The notes below the pieces were generated by a model, which saw only the letters and a list, made by a program, of their open reading frames with translations, was not told where the DNA came from and ran no database searches. This document shows positions 24,001 through 37,279 of a stretch of 64,000 nt of DNA, one piece after another. Every line of letters begins with the position of its first letter. The stretch's first letter is position 1. Made by a program: the position numbers and the translations under genes. Source of the DNA: Felis catus (lineage: Eukaryota). The DNA lies in assembly GCF_018350175.1 (NCBI RefSeq), contig NC_058368.1, forward strand, positions 165,666,001-165,730,000, written 5' to 3'.

Positions 24001-24811
24001 TCTTTTTAGTTATGTCAGTTTTTTTTATATTTTGAAGATATATTATTAAACAAACACATTCTTGTTAAATAATTCCAGATGATCACCCATTTATCATTAA
24101 CTATATCCTTCTTTATTTCTTGCATTAAAATTCACCTTCTCTGATATGTGTATTTACACCAGCTTGCTTTTGGTTTTGAGTTTGTATAACATAACTACTT
24201 CCAAAACTACAACTTCTAATTTTCCACAGTTCTTTGGCCCTACATTTCAGATGTTTCTTTTATAAGCAACATTTAGAGATTTAAAGAAAAAAATGTGTTT
24301 CAGTCTAGTCTGAAAAATCTTTGTCTCACAATTGGAATAGTTAGCTCATTTACATTTAAATTAATTACCGATATTTGGGTTTACAATGACCACATTATAA
24401 TCTGTTTCCTATTTACCTGTTTTCTGTTAATTATGTTCTATTTGTCTTCTTTTTAAGTAATCAAATGCTTTTTATTATTACATTTACCTTCATCGGTTGT
24501 ACATAATTTTATTATTATTTTAGTATATACCCAAGAATTACAATAAGCATATTTGAATTGTTGCAGTTAAATACACATTAGTATTTTTAACAACTCATAG
24601 AAATACATATTCTAATCTAACATATTAGAACACTTTAACTCTATTTACCCCTTTTTGTATGCAGTTGTCATTTTTACTATATATAGGTATATATTATATA
24701 AACTTAAGATCCATTTAGATTTACCTAAATACATATTCCAGTACTCTTTATCATGCCATACATTTTTGTTTTGTTGTTGGAAATAATTTTCCTTCTCTCA
24801 AGAAAAATCCC

Positions 24812-24938
24812 TTTTTTTTTAAAGTTTATTTATTTTGAGAGAAAGAGAGAGAGAGCACAGAGAAAGGGCAGAGAGTGAGGGAAAGAGAGAAAGCAGGCTC
24901 CACACTATCAGTGCAGATAGTGCTGCACTGGGTGCCCC
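24812..24938 (-). mobile_element. Can-SINE, internally deleted
   Basis: Tail and (GA)n joined to GGGTGCCCC with most of the head missing. Confidence 0.8.
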
Positions 24939-25039
24939 CCTCCATTTGTTTTTTGTACCGAAATAATGCTATGACAAACTGGTAGAGGGGGAAAAAAAGA
25001 ATAAATATCTTTATATCACCTTCACTTCTGAATTCTAGT

Positions 25040-25400
25040 TTGGGAGTTGCCTCCCCTGAAAGGGAAGGTTGTATTCTCCTGAAAGTAATTTGCTTATAAG
25101 ACTTTTGCTAGGAAGTGTTCTCAGGAAGAACACTTGAGAAGGAACAAATAAAAAGACTGGCAGAGGAAGAAGCTAACCGGCATTACAGTGGTTAGAATTA
25201 CCTCAGTAAATCCAACAGGGGCTCTGGCCCTGAAATGGTGATTATAGCCATCCCTAATTGAAGCAAGTGAAATTAGTATTTGCTTACCCCTACCAAACAG
25301 TTATTGGATATGGGATGTTCCTGGTCAGGTAGGATAAACTTGGATAAGGTCATCCATCTGGACAGTGTACCACAGCAATCACTCCAACAGCTGCTTTCAG
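25040..25400 (-). mobile_element. ERVL LTR16-like fragment
   Basis: GGAAGTGTTCTCAGGAAGAACAC...GGCAGAGGAAGAAGCT...ATCCAACAGGGGCTCTGG. Confidence 0.55.
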
Positions 25401-25484
25401 CAACCTACATTTGTTGTTCTGTAGTTTTCTAGTTTCTGTTGTTGGGTTGAGGTATCAGCAATAAGTCTTACTGCAGGTTCTTTA

Positions 25485-25674
25485 TTTTACTTTTTTTAAG
25501 TTTATTTTGAGAGAGAGATGGTGGGGAAGGGCAGAGAGAGACGGAGGAAAGCCCAAGCAGGTTCCATGCTCAGCACAGCGCCTGAGGAGGTGGCTCCATC
25601 TCACAGACCAAGAGATCACTATCAGAGCCATTATCAACAGTTGGACACTACTGACTGAGCCATCCAGATACCCC
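25485..25674 (-). mobile_element. Can-SINE (older)
   Basis: Degenerate TSD TACTGCAGGTTCTTTA / TATTGCAGTTTCTTTA. Confidence 0.9.
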
Positions 25675-26719
25675 ATTATTGCAGTTTCTTTAAGGATGTC
25701 TTTACTTCAAATTACCTTTAAGATTTTCTACTTGCTCACAACTTTACTTTGTAATAAGCTGTTTTTAATCTTTTTATTTATCCAGTTTAGGGGTAATAGG
25801 GCTTCCTAAATATGTGTCTTCATAACTTTCATCAGCTTTTGAAAATTATTGACTATTACCTCTTTAAAGATTGTTTTTCTTCCTCTTTTTCTCTTTCTGG
25901 GATTCCAATTGCTCGTACATTAATATTTATATAATTTTCCATATATTTCTTGTATGTCTTTCTCAGTTTTCTAATTATTTTTTCTTTTCATGCCTCAGTA
26001 TGGACATTTTGTAGCAATCTATCTTTAAATTTAGCAATTTTCTCTTCAATTGTGCCCAACAGGTTAGGCCATTCTATTTAGTTTTTACCATTTTTTTGTA
26101 TTTTTCCTTTCTATAACTTTTAGTCCTAGTGAAATTCTCCACCATTTTGTTTTCCAGAATATAATGGTGTTTTGATCATGCCATGATCACAGAGATTTTT
26201 CAGGGGAGACTTTCCTAGGCCTTTCTCTCTTCTACAGAGCAAACTGCCACTTACATATAATCCCAGGTTGCTTGCCAACTAACTGGAGCATAATACCTTA
26301 AAAAGAGCCCTTGAGATTACATTACTAAGTGATTGTTGTAATTCTTCATTTTAAACCAAAGTTACAGCCAGTTTTAATAACAAAAGGTATGAATCTGAGA
26401 TGGTTTGAGGTCAGGAGGGTATCCTCTGCCTTGGTATTTGGGACAAGTTCATATACAAATATTACTCTTTGAGAACCTTTCTCATGTATGTCTATGAATA
26501 TAATCGTTGAAATTTTAACCATTTCCCAAAATACCTTTGTAGAAAACATTTTAATAGCCATAAAAAAGTGTTCTTTTTGGACCATTAGATCAGGAGAGTA
26601 ATGACACTCCCATGTCCACCAAGACATGAGTTCTTGAATCTTAATTCAACTCTTTTTTTTAGCTTGCCTCTCTCTTTAACTATGTACCTGTGAACTGGAT
26701 GTCTTTTGCATTTACCTTT

Positions 26720-27190
26720 TTGTTCAGCTAACTTTGTTAAAATAATGTCATTTAAAAAACAATAAAATATTTGTGGGTACAACACTAAAAGCATTTATTC
26801 TTATGTATCTGCACGCCTGCTAGACTTTGTCTGTTGTAAGCTAGATTTGTTTGCAAGGCTCTCTTTGTGGGAAATTTGATTAGCAGGCTATGGCAGTTCT
26901 GCTTCCCACGCCTCTTCTCTTTTTTAGACTAGTTGTCTGGGACATGGCTGTCTGGGACATGTTAGTTTCACAATGATGGTGGAAGTGTAAGAGAGCATAC
27001 AGAGATGTATATGATGTTTTAAATCCTATTTTCAGAACTCCCTACTGATGCAACTCACATGGCCAGACCAAAGTCAAAGAGTGAGAAGTTAAACCCCATC
27101 CTTTCAATGGGGAGAACTGCAAAGTAATAACATGACAAAAGTTGTGGATTTGGGGAAGATTAAAGAATGGAAATCAATAGTGAATGTACA
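26720..27190 (-). mobile_element. Old MaLR LTR (MLT1H/J-like)
   Basis: TCACATGGCCAGACCAAAGTCAAAG...GGAGAACTGCAAAGT. Confidence 0.65.
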
Positions 27191-28994
27191 TCTTCCTTCC
27201 ATGACTCTGTAGTTTTTATTTCTCTCATCTACTTGAAGAGATTAGAACTATTTCATTGCTCAGGCAACAAATGGTACTTTGACTCTCTTTATTTTTTACA
27301 TTTTTGGTGAATCAGAGAAATTTGTCTTATCGTCCATATGCTATGAAACTTTCAGGGGTTTATTTTAATATAAAATAGATTTATAGCTAGGAGATGGTTA
27401 TGCCTGGTAAAATTAATAGAAACATAACATATACAGTCTAATGTCATTAAAAATTTATATTGACTGATTTGCAAAATTTGTCTTATTTCCTTGTAGTTAC
27501 ATGTTTATGATATTAATTGAAAACTATTTCTAAGTACTGGGAATATTTAAAAAATATGTTGTCTATGAACATCCTTAATAATTTGTCTTTCCTTGCTCCT
27601 CCAGTAAGAATAAATTCCCATCACCCTCATGATCTTTCCTAATCATATATTTAGTTTCTAAAAATTGCTGCTATTGAAATGAGAATGCATGTTTTCCATG
27701 CATATCAGCTGATTTCCATTTTAGATGCTGCATAGCATCTATTATGCTCTTAATTCAATAATATGCCCTTAATTCATTTAAAATTATTGAACATGACATC
27801 AATATTGTGTGTGCACATATGTGTGCATATTCTTCTTATCGTCTTCCATACCACCACAACTATACTGAGATTTTCCGGTGTGGGAAGTCACGCTAGTTAC
27901 TGCAGATCCACAGAGCCATGGTGAAATAGAAGGCCATAAAACAGAAGGTCCCCTCGACGGTCTTGATCTCCAAATGTAATTTCAGCAATAAAACTATTGA
28001 AATAAGCACTTTAGTTAAATGTTGTAATATCATCTTACTTAAAAGTAACACTAATAATGCACTTACGTTGAATTGCTCTTTAAAAAGAGCTGCAGAAGAA
28101 AAATATTCCTAATTTTAAATAGGGTAAATTTTACTTTTCAAAACTCACTGTCTTTGTCACAGATTAAAAACATGTGGTACTACTTATAGTTTAAACTCAA
28201 TATAAAATTTAACTGCATCTTTCTGATATATTTAGCTTCTTTGTCAGTTATCTTCCCTTATTCAGATGGACAAACTGAAGAAGTATATAAATTCTCCCAA
28301 TTCAAACAAATGAGAAGCTAAATATAAATAACAAATTATCCCTGTCCTGTGTGGGTTATTTTAAAAGCAACTAGAAATATAAATATTGAATTAATAAAGA
28401 AGAAAACTACAGCAATTATTTTTTTATTCTGAGGACTTTTACATTCCACACAGGCATTAAAACTTTGCATGTGGAATTTGTCAGCAAGAGAATTCAATTA
28501 TATTGAGTGACTTAAAAATGCTGTTCTCTTCAATTTATTTGTGTACTGAAGCTTATATTTGAAAAATAATTTGTCTATATTTAACCCTTTGTTACTCTTG
28601 TTTTTTTCATGCCACAATTCAGTAACATAATGTGAATGAAGGCAGAGATAATCTTAATTAGCACTAGAGAACATACATATATAGACATATGTTATTCATT
28701 ATTTAATATTTATATTATTCACTTTTTAAAAATATCATTTGCCTCTCTCAATATACAAATGGATATTTGGGTGATTTTTATATTTAATTCTAGTTTTTTA
28801 ATTCATTACTCAAAGACAACTTATTTAATAGCAATTTTAGAAAAAATAAACACTGTGCTAAGATACTTTCCTTAGAATGCATTTTTGAAGCTTTTAATCA
28901 TGATTTTTTTTCCTCCATGATTTACACCTTCAGGACAACTGTCTTCAGAGTCTTCACACAAGAGTTATATTTGTTTATATACACAAGTCAAATT

Positions 28995-30194
28995 TTGGAA
29001 GGACAACTTCCAAACTCATTCTATGAGGCCAGCATTATCTTGATTCCAAAACCAGACAAAGACCCACTTAAAAGGAGAACTACAGACCAATTTCCCTGAT
29101 GAACAAGGATGAAAAAATTCTCAACAGGATACTAGCAAATTGAATCCAACAGTACTTTAAAAGAATTATTCACCATGATCAAGTGAAATTTATTTCTGGG
29201 CAACAAGGTGGTTCAATATTTGCAAATCAATCAACATGATACACCACATTAATAAAAGAAAGGATAAGAACTATATGATTCTCTCAATAGAAGCAGAAAA
29301 GCATTTGACAAAATACAGCATCCAGTCTTGAAAAACAAACAAACAAAAAACCTCAACAAAGTAGGGATAAATGGAACATATCTCACCATCATAAAGGCCA
29401 TATACATTAAGACCTGTAGCTAATATCATCCTCAATGGGGAGAAACAGATTTTCCTCTATGATCAGGAACAAGACAGGGATGTTCACTCTCACCATTGTT
29501 ATTTAGCATAGTACTGGAGGTTCTAGCCTCAGCAATCAGGCAACAAAAAGAAATAAAATGCATCCAAATCAGTAAGGAAGAAGTCCAACTTTCACTCTTC
29601 ACAGACAACAAGATACCCTAAGTAGAAAACCCAAAAGACTCCACCAAAAATATTGCTAGAACAGGCACACAAATTCAGTAAAGTTGCAGGATACAAAATC
29701 AATGTACAGAAATCTGTTGCATTTCTATACACCAATAATGAAGCAGCAGAAAGAGAAATCAAAGAATTGATCCCATTTATAATTGCACCAAAACCCATGT
29801 TACCTAGGAATAAACATAACCAAAGAGGTAAAAGATCTGCTCTCTGAAAACTATGGAACACTTATGAAAGAAATTGAAGAGGACACAAAGAAATGGAAAA
29901 ATATTCCATGCCCATGTATCAAAAGAACAAATATTGTTAAAATGTCTAAACAACCCAAAAGCAAGCTATACATTTACTACAATCCCTATCAAAATACCAC
30001 CGGCAGTTTTCACAGAACTAGAACAAATAATCCTAAAATCTGTATGGAACCACAAATGATCCTGAATAGACAAAGCAATCTTGAAAAAGAAAAGCAAATA
30101 TGGAGGCATCGCAATTCTGGACTTGAAGCTATATTACAAAGCTGTAGTCATCAAGACAGTATGGTACTGGCACAAAAACAGATACACAGATCAA
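28995..30194 (+). mobile_element. Carnivore L1 internal ORF2 (RT) fragment with no 3' UTR or polyA
   Basis: [50 protein letters not shown] in the ORF track; similarity ends abruptly at about 30194. Confidence 0.95.
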
Positions 30195-30499
30195 ATTAAC
30201 CAAATTAATCTGGGAGGCAGTCCAGGTGAAATCCAGATAAAACTGGAATTCTTTTTTATCTCTACCCAAGAAACATACATTTTAATTGGGGGAAAAATAA
30301 TAATTTGTGATTTCAAGTGATTCCATTTAAGGACATTGTTTGGAATGGTATAGATTTATTAATTCTAACCTGAAAACAACAAAGAAAGTGTCTTAATACA
30401 AACTGCCACATTTCTAACTGAATACATTAAGTAAGACATTGAAGATTTTGGGTTTACAGTACACCTACAATATATCATTTTAGAATTAATACAAAATTT

Positions 30500-30650
30500 G
30501 TGATGTGATGTTATTAATTTTTTCCAGAGATTAAAATATTGAGAATCAAACTAAATATTCCAGATTCATACAACTGGTAAGAGGAACAGTCTGAGCTCAC
30601 TCATGTGTCTTTTAAGCCTGATTCCATGCTCTAAATAATGTACTACATAA
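30500..30650 (-). mobile_element. MIR fragment
   Basis: CATACAACTGGTAAGAGG...CCATGCTCTAAATAATGTAC. Confidence 0.5.
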
Positions 30651-32032
30651 CATCCATTAAAAGGATACATGTTTGGGTAGGGAAAAAAATCTTAATTAAA
30701 TGATTGTATAGTAAACCTTTTAAATGGGTTTCATTTTCATAACAACCTTTCCAGGAGTTGTCCTTATTTCTTCTTCTAGATTCATGAATCTGGAAGATAT
30801 TAAGGACTTTGTCCAGCTAAGCTCATAGCACAGCCATGTAATGAACACAGATTTCCTAGCCACAAGGGCCCTGTATTTTCCCACATTCTGTGCTTCTTAT
30901 CATTTGTTCCATTTATAACATGGAAACTATACATCTTCCTCAAATTAAAGACAAATAAGGTAGCTGGCACTTTTGAAGAAGATTTCATATTTTTTAAAAA
31001 AAAAATCAACATTCTTCCTCCCAGTAATTTGGAATGACAATGTATACTGGAAAAGTCTTTGGGATGCTAGGTATGATTTAGTGGATGTGCCAGACTGTTT
31101 AATTATCCACTTCTTGTACGACACTTTGTTTCCAGTTTGGTGCTCTTATAAATAAATCTGCTACCCTGAGCATAAGGCACAGGTTTATGAATGGACACAA
31201 GACTTCATTTTTGTGACACAAATGCCCAGGATTATAATCTCTGGGTCATATGGTAAATTATATACTTACTTTTTAAGAAATTGCTAATATTTAGAGTGAC
31301 TGTATTATTTTACCTGTCCCATGAGCAATGTATGACTAGTTGATTTCTCCACATTCTCATCAGCATTTGGTACTGTCACTATTTTTTTTATTTCACGGTG
31401 TTCCAACATGTGAAATGGTCTTAATCTGTATTTTCTGAATGGTTAGTGATGTTTCATTTTTCATATGAAAATGTTTCAAATTAACATTTTTCATATGCTA
31501 GTTTGCTATCTTGTATCTTAATTAGTGAAATATATATGCCTTTTTCCCATTTTCTATTTTTTTTTACTGGGTTGGAAGAATTCCTTATTCTAGATATGAG
31601 TCTGTTGTCATATATATGTTTTGCAAGTACTTTCTCCAAGTCTGTATCTTGTCTTTATATCATCATGGCAGAGCAATTTTCTTTTAATTTTAATAAAGTC
31701 CAACTTACTGATTTTTATATATGCATTAAATTTTAAATCTGAAAATTCCATACTGAGTCCTAGGTCCTAAAAATGTTCTATGTTTTCTTCTAAAAGTTTT
31801 ATAGTTTTATATTTCACACTTAAATGTATGATTTATTTGCATTTTTATGTACATGGTGTGAGATGTAGTTGAAGGTCCATGAAGGCCCAGCTGCTTTCTC
31901 TATTCATTGTTTTCAGGCTTTTTTTTTCTCAATGCATTTGGCTTTCAATAATTTTTATTAATATGTCTTTCGGTTTACTAATCTTTTCATCTGTAATATC
32001 TATTCTAATAGTAAACCCATCCAGCATATTGT

Positions 32033-32236
32033 ATTTTTTTTATGTTTGTTTTTTGAGAGAGAGAGAGACAGAGTGTGAGCTGAGGAAGGGCACAGAGAGA
32101 GGGAGACACAGATTCGGAAGCAGGCTCCAGGCTCTGAGCTGTCAGCACACAGCCCGATGTGGGGCTGGAACTCACGAACAGTGAGATCATGACCTAAGCT
32201 GAAGTCAGACGCTTAATTGACTGAGCCCAGGCAACG
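32033..32236 (-). mobile_element. Felid Can-SINE
   Basis: Flanking repeat CCAGCATATT / CCAGCATGTT. Confidence 0.94.
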
Positions 32237-32487
32237 CCAGCATGTTTTTAATCTCAGCTTTGTAGTTTACGTCTCTAGAAGTTTGATTTGAGTCATTGTT
32301 ACATCTTTCATGTCACTACTTGACATGGTCAGTCTTTCTTCTAGCTTCTTAAACATATGGGATCATTAGAATAACAGCTGTGCTTGTCTAATAATTATAT
32401 ATTATCTGCTTCAGTTCTAGATTTTTTAGATTGGTTGATTTGTCTCTTCATTTTCAATGGTGATTTTCTGCTTCTTTGCATGACTGG

Positions 32488-33081
32488 TGTGGTTAAAATG
32501 GTTTATTCCAGAAGATCTGGAAATAGCCTCAGCTGTTTAAAGAGATGTACTGGCCTGATAGAAATTCTTGGACAAAGCTTGAAATGTACTGATTAATGAT
32601 GTCGTTTTATAATTTTGGGTCCGACTCAGGTTTCAAAGTGTGTTTTTGTTTGTTTGCTTGTCTTTTAACCAGCTTAGCACAATGTTTGCTGATAAAATCA
32701 TGATTGGTGGTTTGTACCTGGTTTTGGCAAGATCCTCAGAGGTTTGAAGCTGGCAAGAATGTGGCCAGCTGCATATATAAGGTCCAGATTTACACTCCAT
32801 TCTGGACTCCTGAAATATGAGGTGTCCTATGCACATGATAGTGATTCCTACAGAGAGAGAAAACACATTCTATAAACCACTGTAGTGGGTAGACAATTGG
32901 ATTCTGCTTCTGCAAAACCCTGTTGGGAACCAGTTTTTAGCGGTGATGCATATTCTTACTTTAATGCTATTGTATTCTATACATTTCTTGCAATAAACTT
33001 GAAGCGCATAAGCATTGCTATTTTGGGTCTTAAGACTCTTCTTTCACAGTTGAAGTCTGATTTACTGCCACAGTTTGTGCA
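32488..33081 (+). mobile_element. Solo LTR (MER21/MER77-like) inserted in L1M
   Basis: TG...CA ends, AATAAA near 32992; L1M sequence GCATGACTGG | CCTGATAATTTTT rejoins across it. Confidence 0.55.
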
Positions 33082-34038
33082 CCTGATAATTTTTTTATCA
33101 GATGTCAGACATTAAAATTTTACCTTGCTGGATAGGGGATATTTTTGCACTCCCATACATATTCATGAGCATTGTTCAGAAATGTAGTCATGTTACCTAA
33201 AACAATTTGATCCTTTTGTTTCTTGCTACCAGCTTTTTAAGCCAGAATCAGAGAACCATTTAGTCTGGGGCTAAGTTTCCCCCACCACTGAAACAAAACT
33301 ATTCAGAATGCTCTACCTGATGGCCTATAAATTACTGTTCTGCACTTCAGCTATTCTAAAGACATGGTCTACCTTGCCCTGTACGAGACTTGAGGATCGG
33401 TTCTCTAATCCTTTCAGGTGTTTCTTGCACCAGTCTCAGGTGTTTTCCTCAAGTATATGTCATGATCAGTAGTTATCTGAAGGCCCGAAGGCTTGAGACT
33501 ATCCTCAGATATTTAGATTGATATCTCTCTCCATCTTTTTTCTTCTCTCTCTCTCTCTTCAGCTGTCTCCTCTCCAGTATTTTTTCCTGACTACCGTAGT
33601 CACCTTGGCTTCCCTGGATTCCCAGGTCTATCCCCTCAATTCAGGCAGCATATGCTCTCCTCATTCCATAGGCTAAAACTTCTTCCCAGGCAATAAGATG
33701 GGACAGTCCTCGGGTCCTTTTCATCTGTTTCATATCTTTCAGGAATCACTGTCCTTTGTTTGCCAGATGTCCAGTGAGATCTCCAATATTTTTGTGTGAT
33801 TTTCTTGTTCTTTTTAAGTTTTATTTTAGACAAAAGAAGTCTGATCCTGTTACTCCATCTTTACTGGACGTGGAAGTCTCCGAAGAATATTTCTTATTTA
33901 ATGAAACAACCATTAGGAATGCATTAAGTCGCTTATACTTTTAAGGTTTCTTAGTAAAGAGCTATGCAATAAATTTCTTTTAGAATCCCATAACAAAAAA
34001 TACTATTTATGACAAACGATTTTGCTTTTCTTACTTCC

Positions 34039-34252
34039 CTTTCTATAATAGTGGATTTATTTATTTTGAGAGAAAGAGAGAGTGTGAGAAGGGGAGGGGC
34101 AGAGAGAGAGAGGAAAAGAGAGAATCCCAAGCAGGCTGCAGGCTGTTAGAGAGGAGCTTAATGCGAGACTGGAATCCAAAAACCATGAGATCATAACCTG
34201 AGGTGAAATCAAAAGTTGGACGCTTAACCAACTGAGCCACTCAGGTGCCCCC
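34039..34252 (-). mobile_element. Can-SINE
   Basis: Perfect TSD TGCTTTTCTTACTTCC at 34023-34038 and 34253-34268. Confidence 0.95.
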
Positions 34253-34995
34253 TGCTTTTCTTACTTCCATAACAATATATTCAGCAAGTAATACTTTTTT
34301 CCCTTTCTGCCTGGGCAGCAAGGAAACAAGATGTGAATTTTATGATGAAATGCCAAGGCTATAACTTAGAGCCCTATTTCAGCTGTATCTATCTCTGATT
34401 GTTCCCTATTTGTTAGTTATGCCTTACAGATATTAACTTTGCTTCAACAGCTCTGCTGTATCTATCCTCTTTATTGAGACACTTAAGGGACTTAGGCAGT
34501 TAGATAATTTTAAGTAGCATCTGCATAGAATTCAACTAATGTCTTAGCTCTGTTTCTTTCTGTCTATACCCCAGTTCCTGTGTCTCACCTGGGTTACCTA
34601 TGCATCTGAATAGCTCTGCATACTACTAAATACTACCCTCCTGGAATAATCCTCCCATTACAGCTTCTAATTTGGGGGGAAATATTGACATACAATAGTT
34701 ACTGAATAAATATCTGTTGGATTAATGAATAAGTGAATTTAACTGGAGATTTTAGCCTCATGTAGGAATCACAGTACGGCATATCCAATTATATACAAGT
34801 ATGGCAAATTCTATTCTTGTAATAGACTTTAACACCCAAGGTATCTTCACAAAGAACAATTCATTGCTGACTTTCCTCACAAAGACACTATAGGATGTTG
34901 ACCTGTGGGCTTACATACCACAACATCCTCCAGTTATATTTATAAAACAAAGTATTTACAGTTTTGTCAATAATACCAGGACTCTCACAATCCTT

Positions 34996-34997
<2 letters not shown>

Positions 34998-35070
<73 letters not shown>
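34998..35070. repeat. Compound (GT)n(GA)n microsatellite
   Basis: Two perfect runs adjacent to each other. Confidence 0.98.
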
Positions 35071-35074
<4 letters not shown>

Positions 35075-36223
35075 TGAGAGAGAAGATGGAAAGAAAGACA
35101 GGGGGACAGAGAGAGGTAGAAAGGAAAATAGAAGAAGACATTATACCTGGTCAGGAGGTTGGTTAATTCCTTAGAGCTCTTTATTAGGAAAAAAAGAACT
35201 ACCAGTGGGCCTCTCAGCATGTCAGACCATTGGGTTGCTTCCAAAGCAATTAATTCTCAGTGGGGTGCAAGTGAATTCATTAAAATAGAGAATTGTATTG
35301 CCTCTGAGGATTTGTGGGAAGGTTTGGATCTTTTAGAAGAGTAACAGCTGAATGAGCAAGTAAAGCCAATTGTAACTTTTCCAGTTTCTCAGTTATAATT
35401 CAGGTTGATTCGAGGTGCAGTACAATTATGGTAAAGGGTAACAATTGTTTTATCTTTACAGGTGAGTAGAATCACTGTACCTTATATGTATATTAGTACC
35501 AATCTTTCATTTGATTGATGTCATAGATTAAATCAGAGAGACAAATGGAATAGATCAATTTTTTAATAAGGAGAGTCTGAAGCAGGAAATTAGTTTATCG
35601 CAAGTTGCCTCTGAATCCTAGTACTTTTGTGATTAGTTCTAAATAGGAGTGAGTCTATATTTGCAGGAGTGAATGTGTGAGTACCTGAGGAAGTGTATTC
35701 ATTTGTACTGGGCGAGGGTGGTGTAAAAATGGCACAATTAGCTTTCAAGAAAGCTAGAACACGTTTCTGTTACTCTGCTTTCCAGCACCAATTCTAAACT
35801 TTTGTGACAAAGATGAACATGAGAAGATAGCTGTCATTGGAGGATTTGATTCTAATGACATATTGATATTCCCTTCAAAATCATTAAAACATTACCAGAA
35901 ATCACCCACATTTATTTTTATATGTTATTTGAATTAATATTAATTTCTGACTTAAATATAATTGGTCTTATTTTATAAAGTCTCAATTGTTATGGTGAAT
36001 TACATTTAATCCAGAAATTATTTATATTTTAACACCGTATTAACAACATTGTCAGTACTATGAAATATTTAAGTTTTATCTTACATATTTACTTATATCT
36101 ACACACACACAATCAAAATAAAGAAAAAGACATCTTATTTAGGGTTTTAAAGAGTATATGACAAAGGAGTATATGCAAATATTTAATTTCTCCATTTTAT
36201 GTGTTAATATATGACTCAGAGAA

Positions 36224-36225
<2 letters not shown>

Positions 36226-36268
<43 letters not shown>
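36226..36268. repeat. (TG)n microsatellite
   Basis: Perfect run. Confidence 0.98.
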
Positions 36269-36270
<2 letters not shown>

Positions 36271-36310
36271 TCCAAGACACACAGATGTGGTTCTAGATTA
36301 AGTTATTATA

Positions 36311-36538
36311 GGGGCACCTGGGTGGCTCAGTCAGTTGAGCATCTGACTCTCAGTTTCAGCTCAGGTCATGATCTCATGTTTCATGAGTTCAAGCCACACA
36401 TCAGGCTCTAAGCTGACAGCATGGAGCCTGCTTTGGTTTCTCTCTCCCTCTCTCTCTGCCCCTCCCCCACTGGGGCTCTCTCTGTCTCTCACAAAATAAG
36501 TAAACAAATTTTTAAAAAACTTATAAACTTTTTTTTAA
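36311..36538 (+). mobile_element. Can-SINE
   Basis: Full length; flanks AAGTTATTATA / AAGTCACTATA. Confidence 0.94.
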
Positions 36539-36595
36539 AAAGTCACTATAAGACCTACCAGTGATACTGTTCCCAATAAAAAATGTCCACATATT

Positions 36596-36811
36596 GGGGC
36601 ACCTGGGTGGCTTAGTCAGTTAAGCGTCCGACTTTGGCTCAGGTAATGATCTCTCAGTTTGTGAGTTCGAGCCCTGCATCCGGCTCTGTGCTGACAGCTC
36701 CAAGCCTGGAGCCTGCTTCGGACTCTGTGTCTCCTTCTCTCTCTGCCCTTCCCCAACTTGTGCTCTGTCTCTCTCTATCAAAAATAAATAAATGTAAAAA
36801 AAATTTTTTTT
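36596..36811 (+). mobile_element. Felid Can-SINE
   Basis: TSD AATGTCCACATATT / AATGTTCACATATT. Confidence 0.95.
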
Positions 36812-37032
36812 AATGTTCACATATTTGTGTATTGGGCAGGTCTCACCTCAGTGTTCTAGGTGGAGACAGGTTAACCTTGCTGTCATGTTCACTACAATAA
36901 TCATTTGATGCTAAAGGGCCTGCTGGTTGACCTGGCTGGCTCAAGGCAAAGTTGCTACGTGAGTGTAGAAAATTTCAGTCCTTACCTACACCTTCTCTAT
37001 CATTCAGTTATCTCCCACAGGCACCTGGTGGC

Positions 37033-37279
37033 TTTTTTTTTTAAGTTTTTATTTATTTGTTTTGAGAGAGATACAGAGTGAGAGAGAGAGAGAAAGAGCA
37101 CGTGCATGCATGTGAGAGAGAGTTGGGGAGGGACAGAGAGAGGAGAGGGAGAATTCCAAGCAGGTTCTGTGCCATCTATGCAGAGCCCAGCATGGGGCTA
37201 AATCTCAGGAACCGTGAGATCATGACCAGAGCCAAAATCAAGAGTTGGACCCTTAACCAATCGAGCAACCCAGGCACCC
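37033..37279 (-). mobile_element. Can-SINE
   Basis: Flanks CAGGCACCTGGTG / CAGGCACCCAGTG. Confidence 0.94.

Larger units (their letters stand above)
24000..26150 (-). mobile_element. Old L1M fragments (ORF1 to ORF2 start) with nested elements
   Basis: T-rich antisense L1M motifs, e.g. TGTTTCTTTTATAAGCAACAT and TCATTTACATTTAAATTAATTA. Confidence 0.65.
31050..33880 (-). mobile_element. Old L1M fragments (3' region, then 5' UTR) with nested SINE and LTR
   Basis: CTGGGTCATATGGTAA and ATTCTAGATATGAGTC motifs; ends CTCCATCTTTACTGGACGTGGAAGTC, like an antisense L1M 5' terminus. Confidence 0.7.

Noticed and set aside
26160..26640. Non-repeat-looking stretch with a 93-aa minus ORF and a weak integrase-like YNP...HNTLKRAL reading on plus
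   Set aside because: I cannot assign it to a protein family; the resemblance needs a frameshift and crosses a stop. BLASTX/Dfam would be needed.
35150..35470. Unique-looking block ending in TTTACAGGTGAGT (splice-like motif)
   Set aside because: No convincing open exon with a paired acceptor and donor; an isolated motif is expected by chance.
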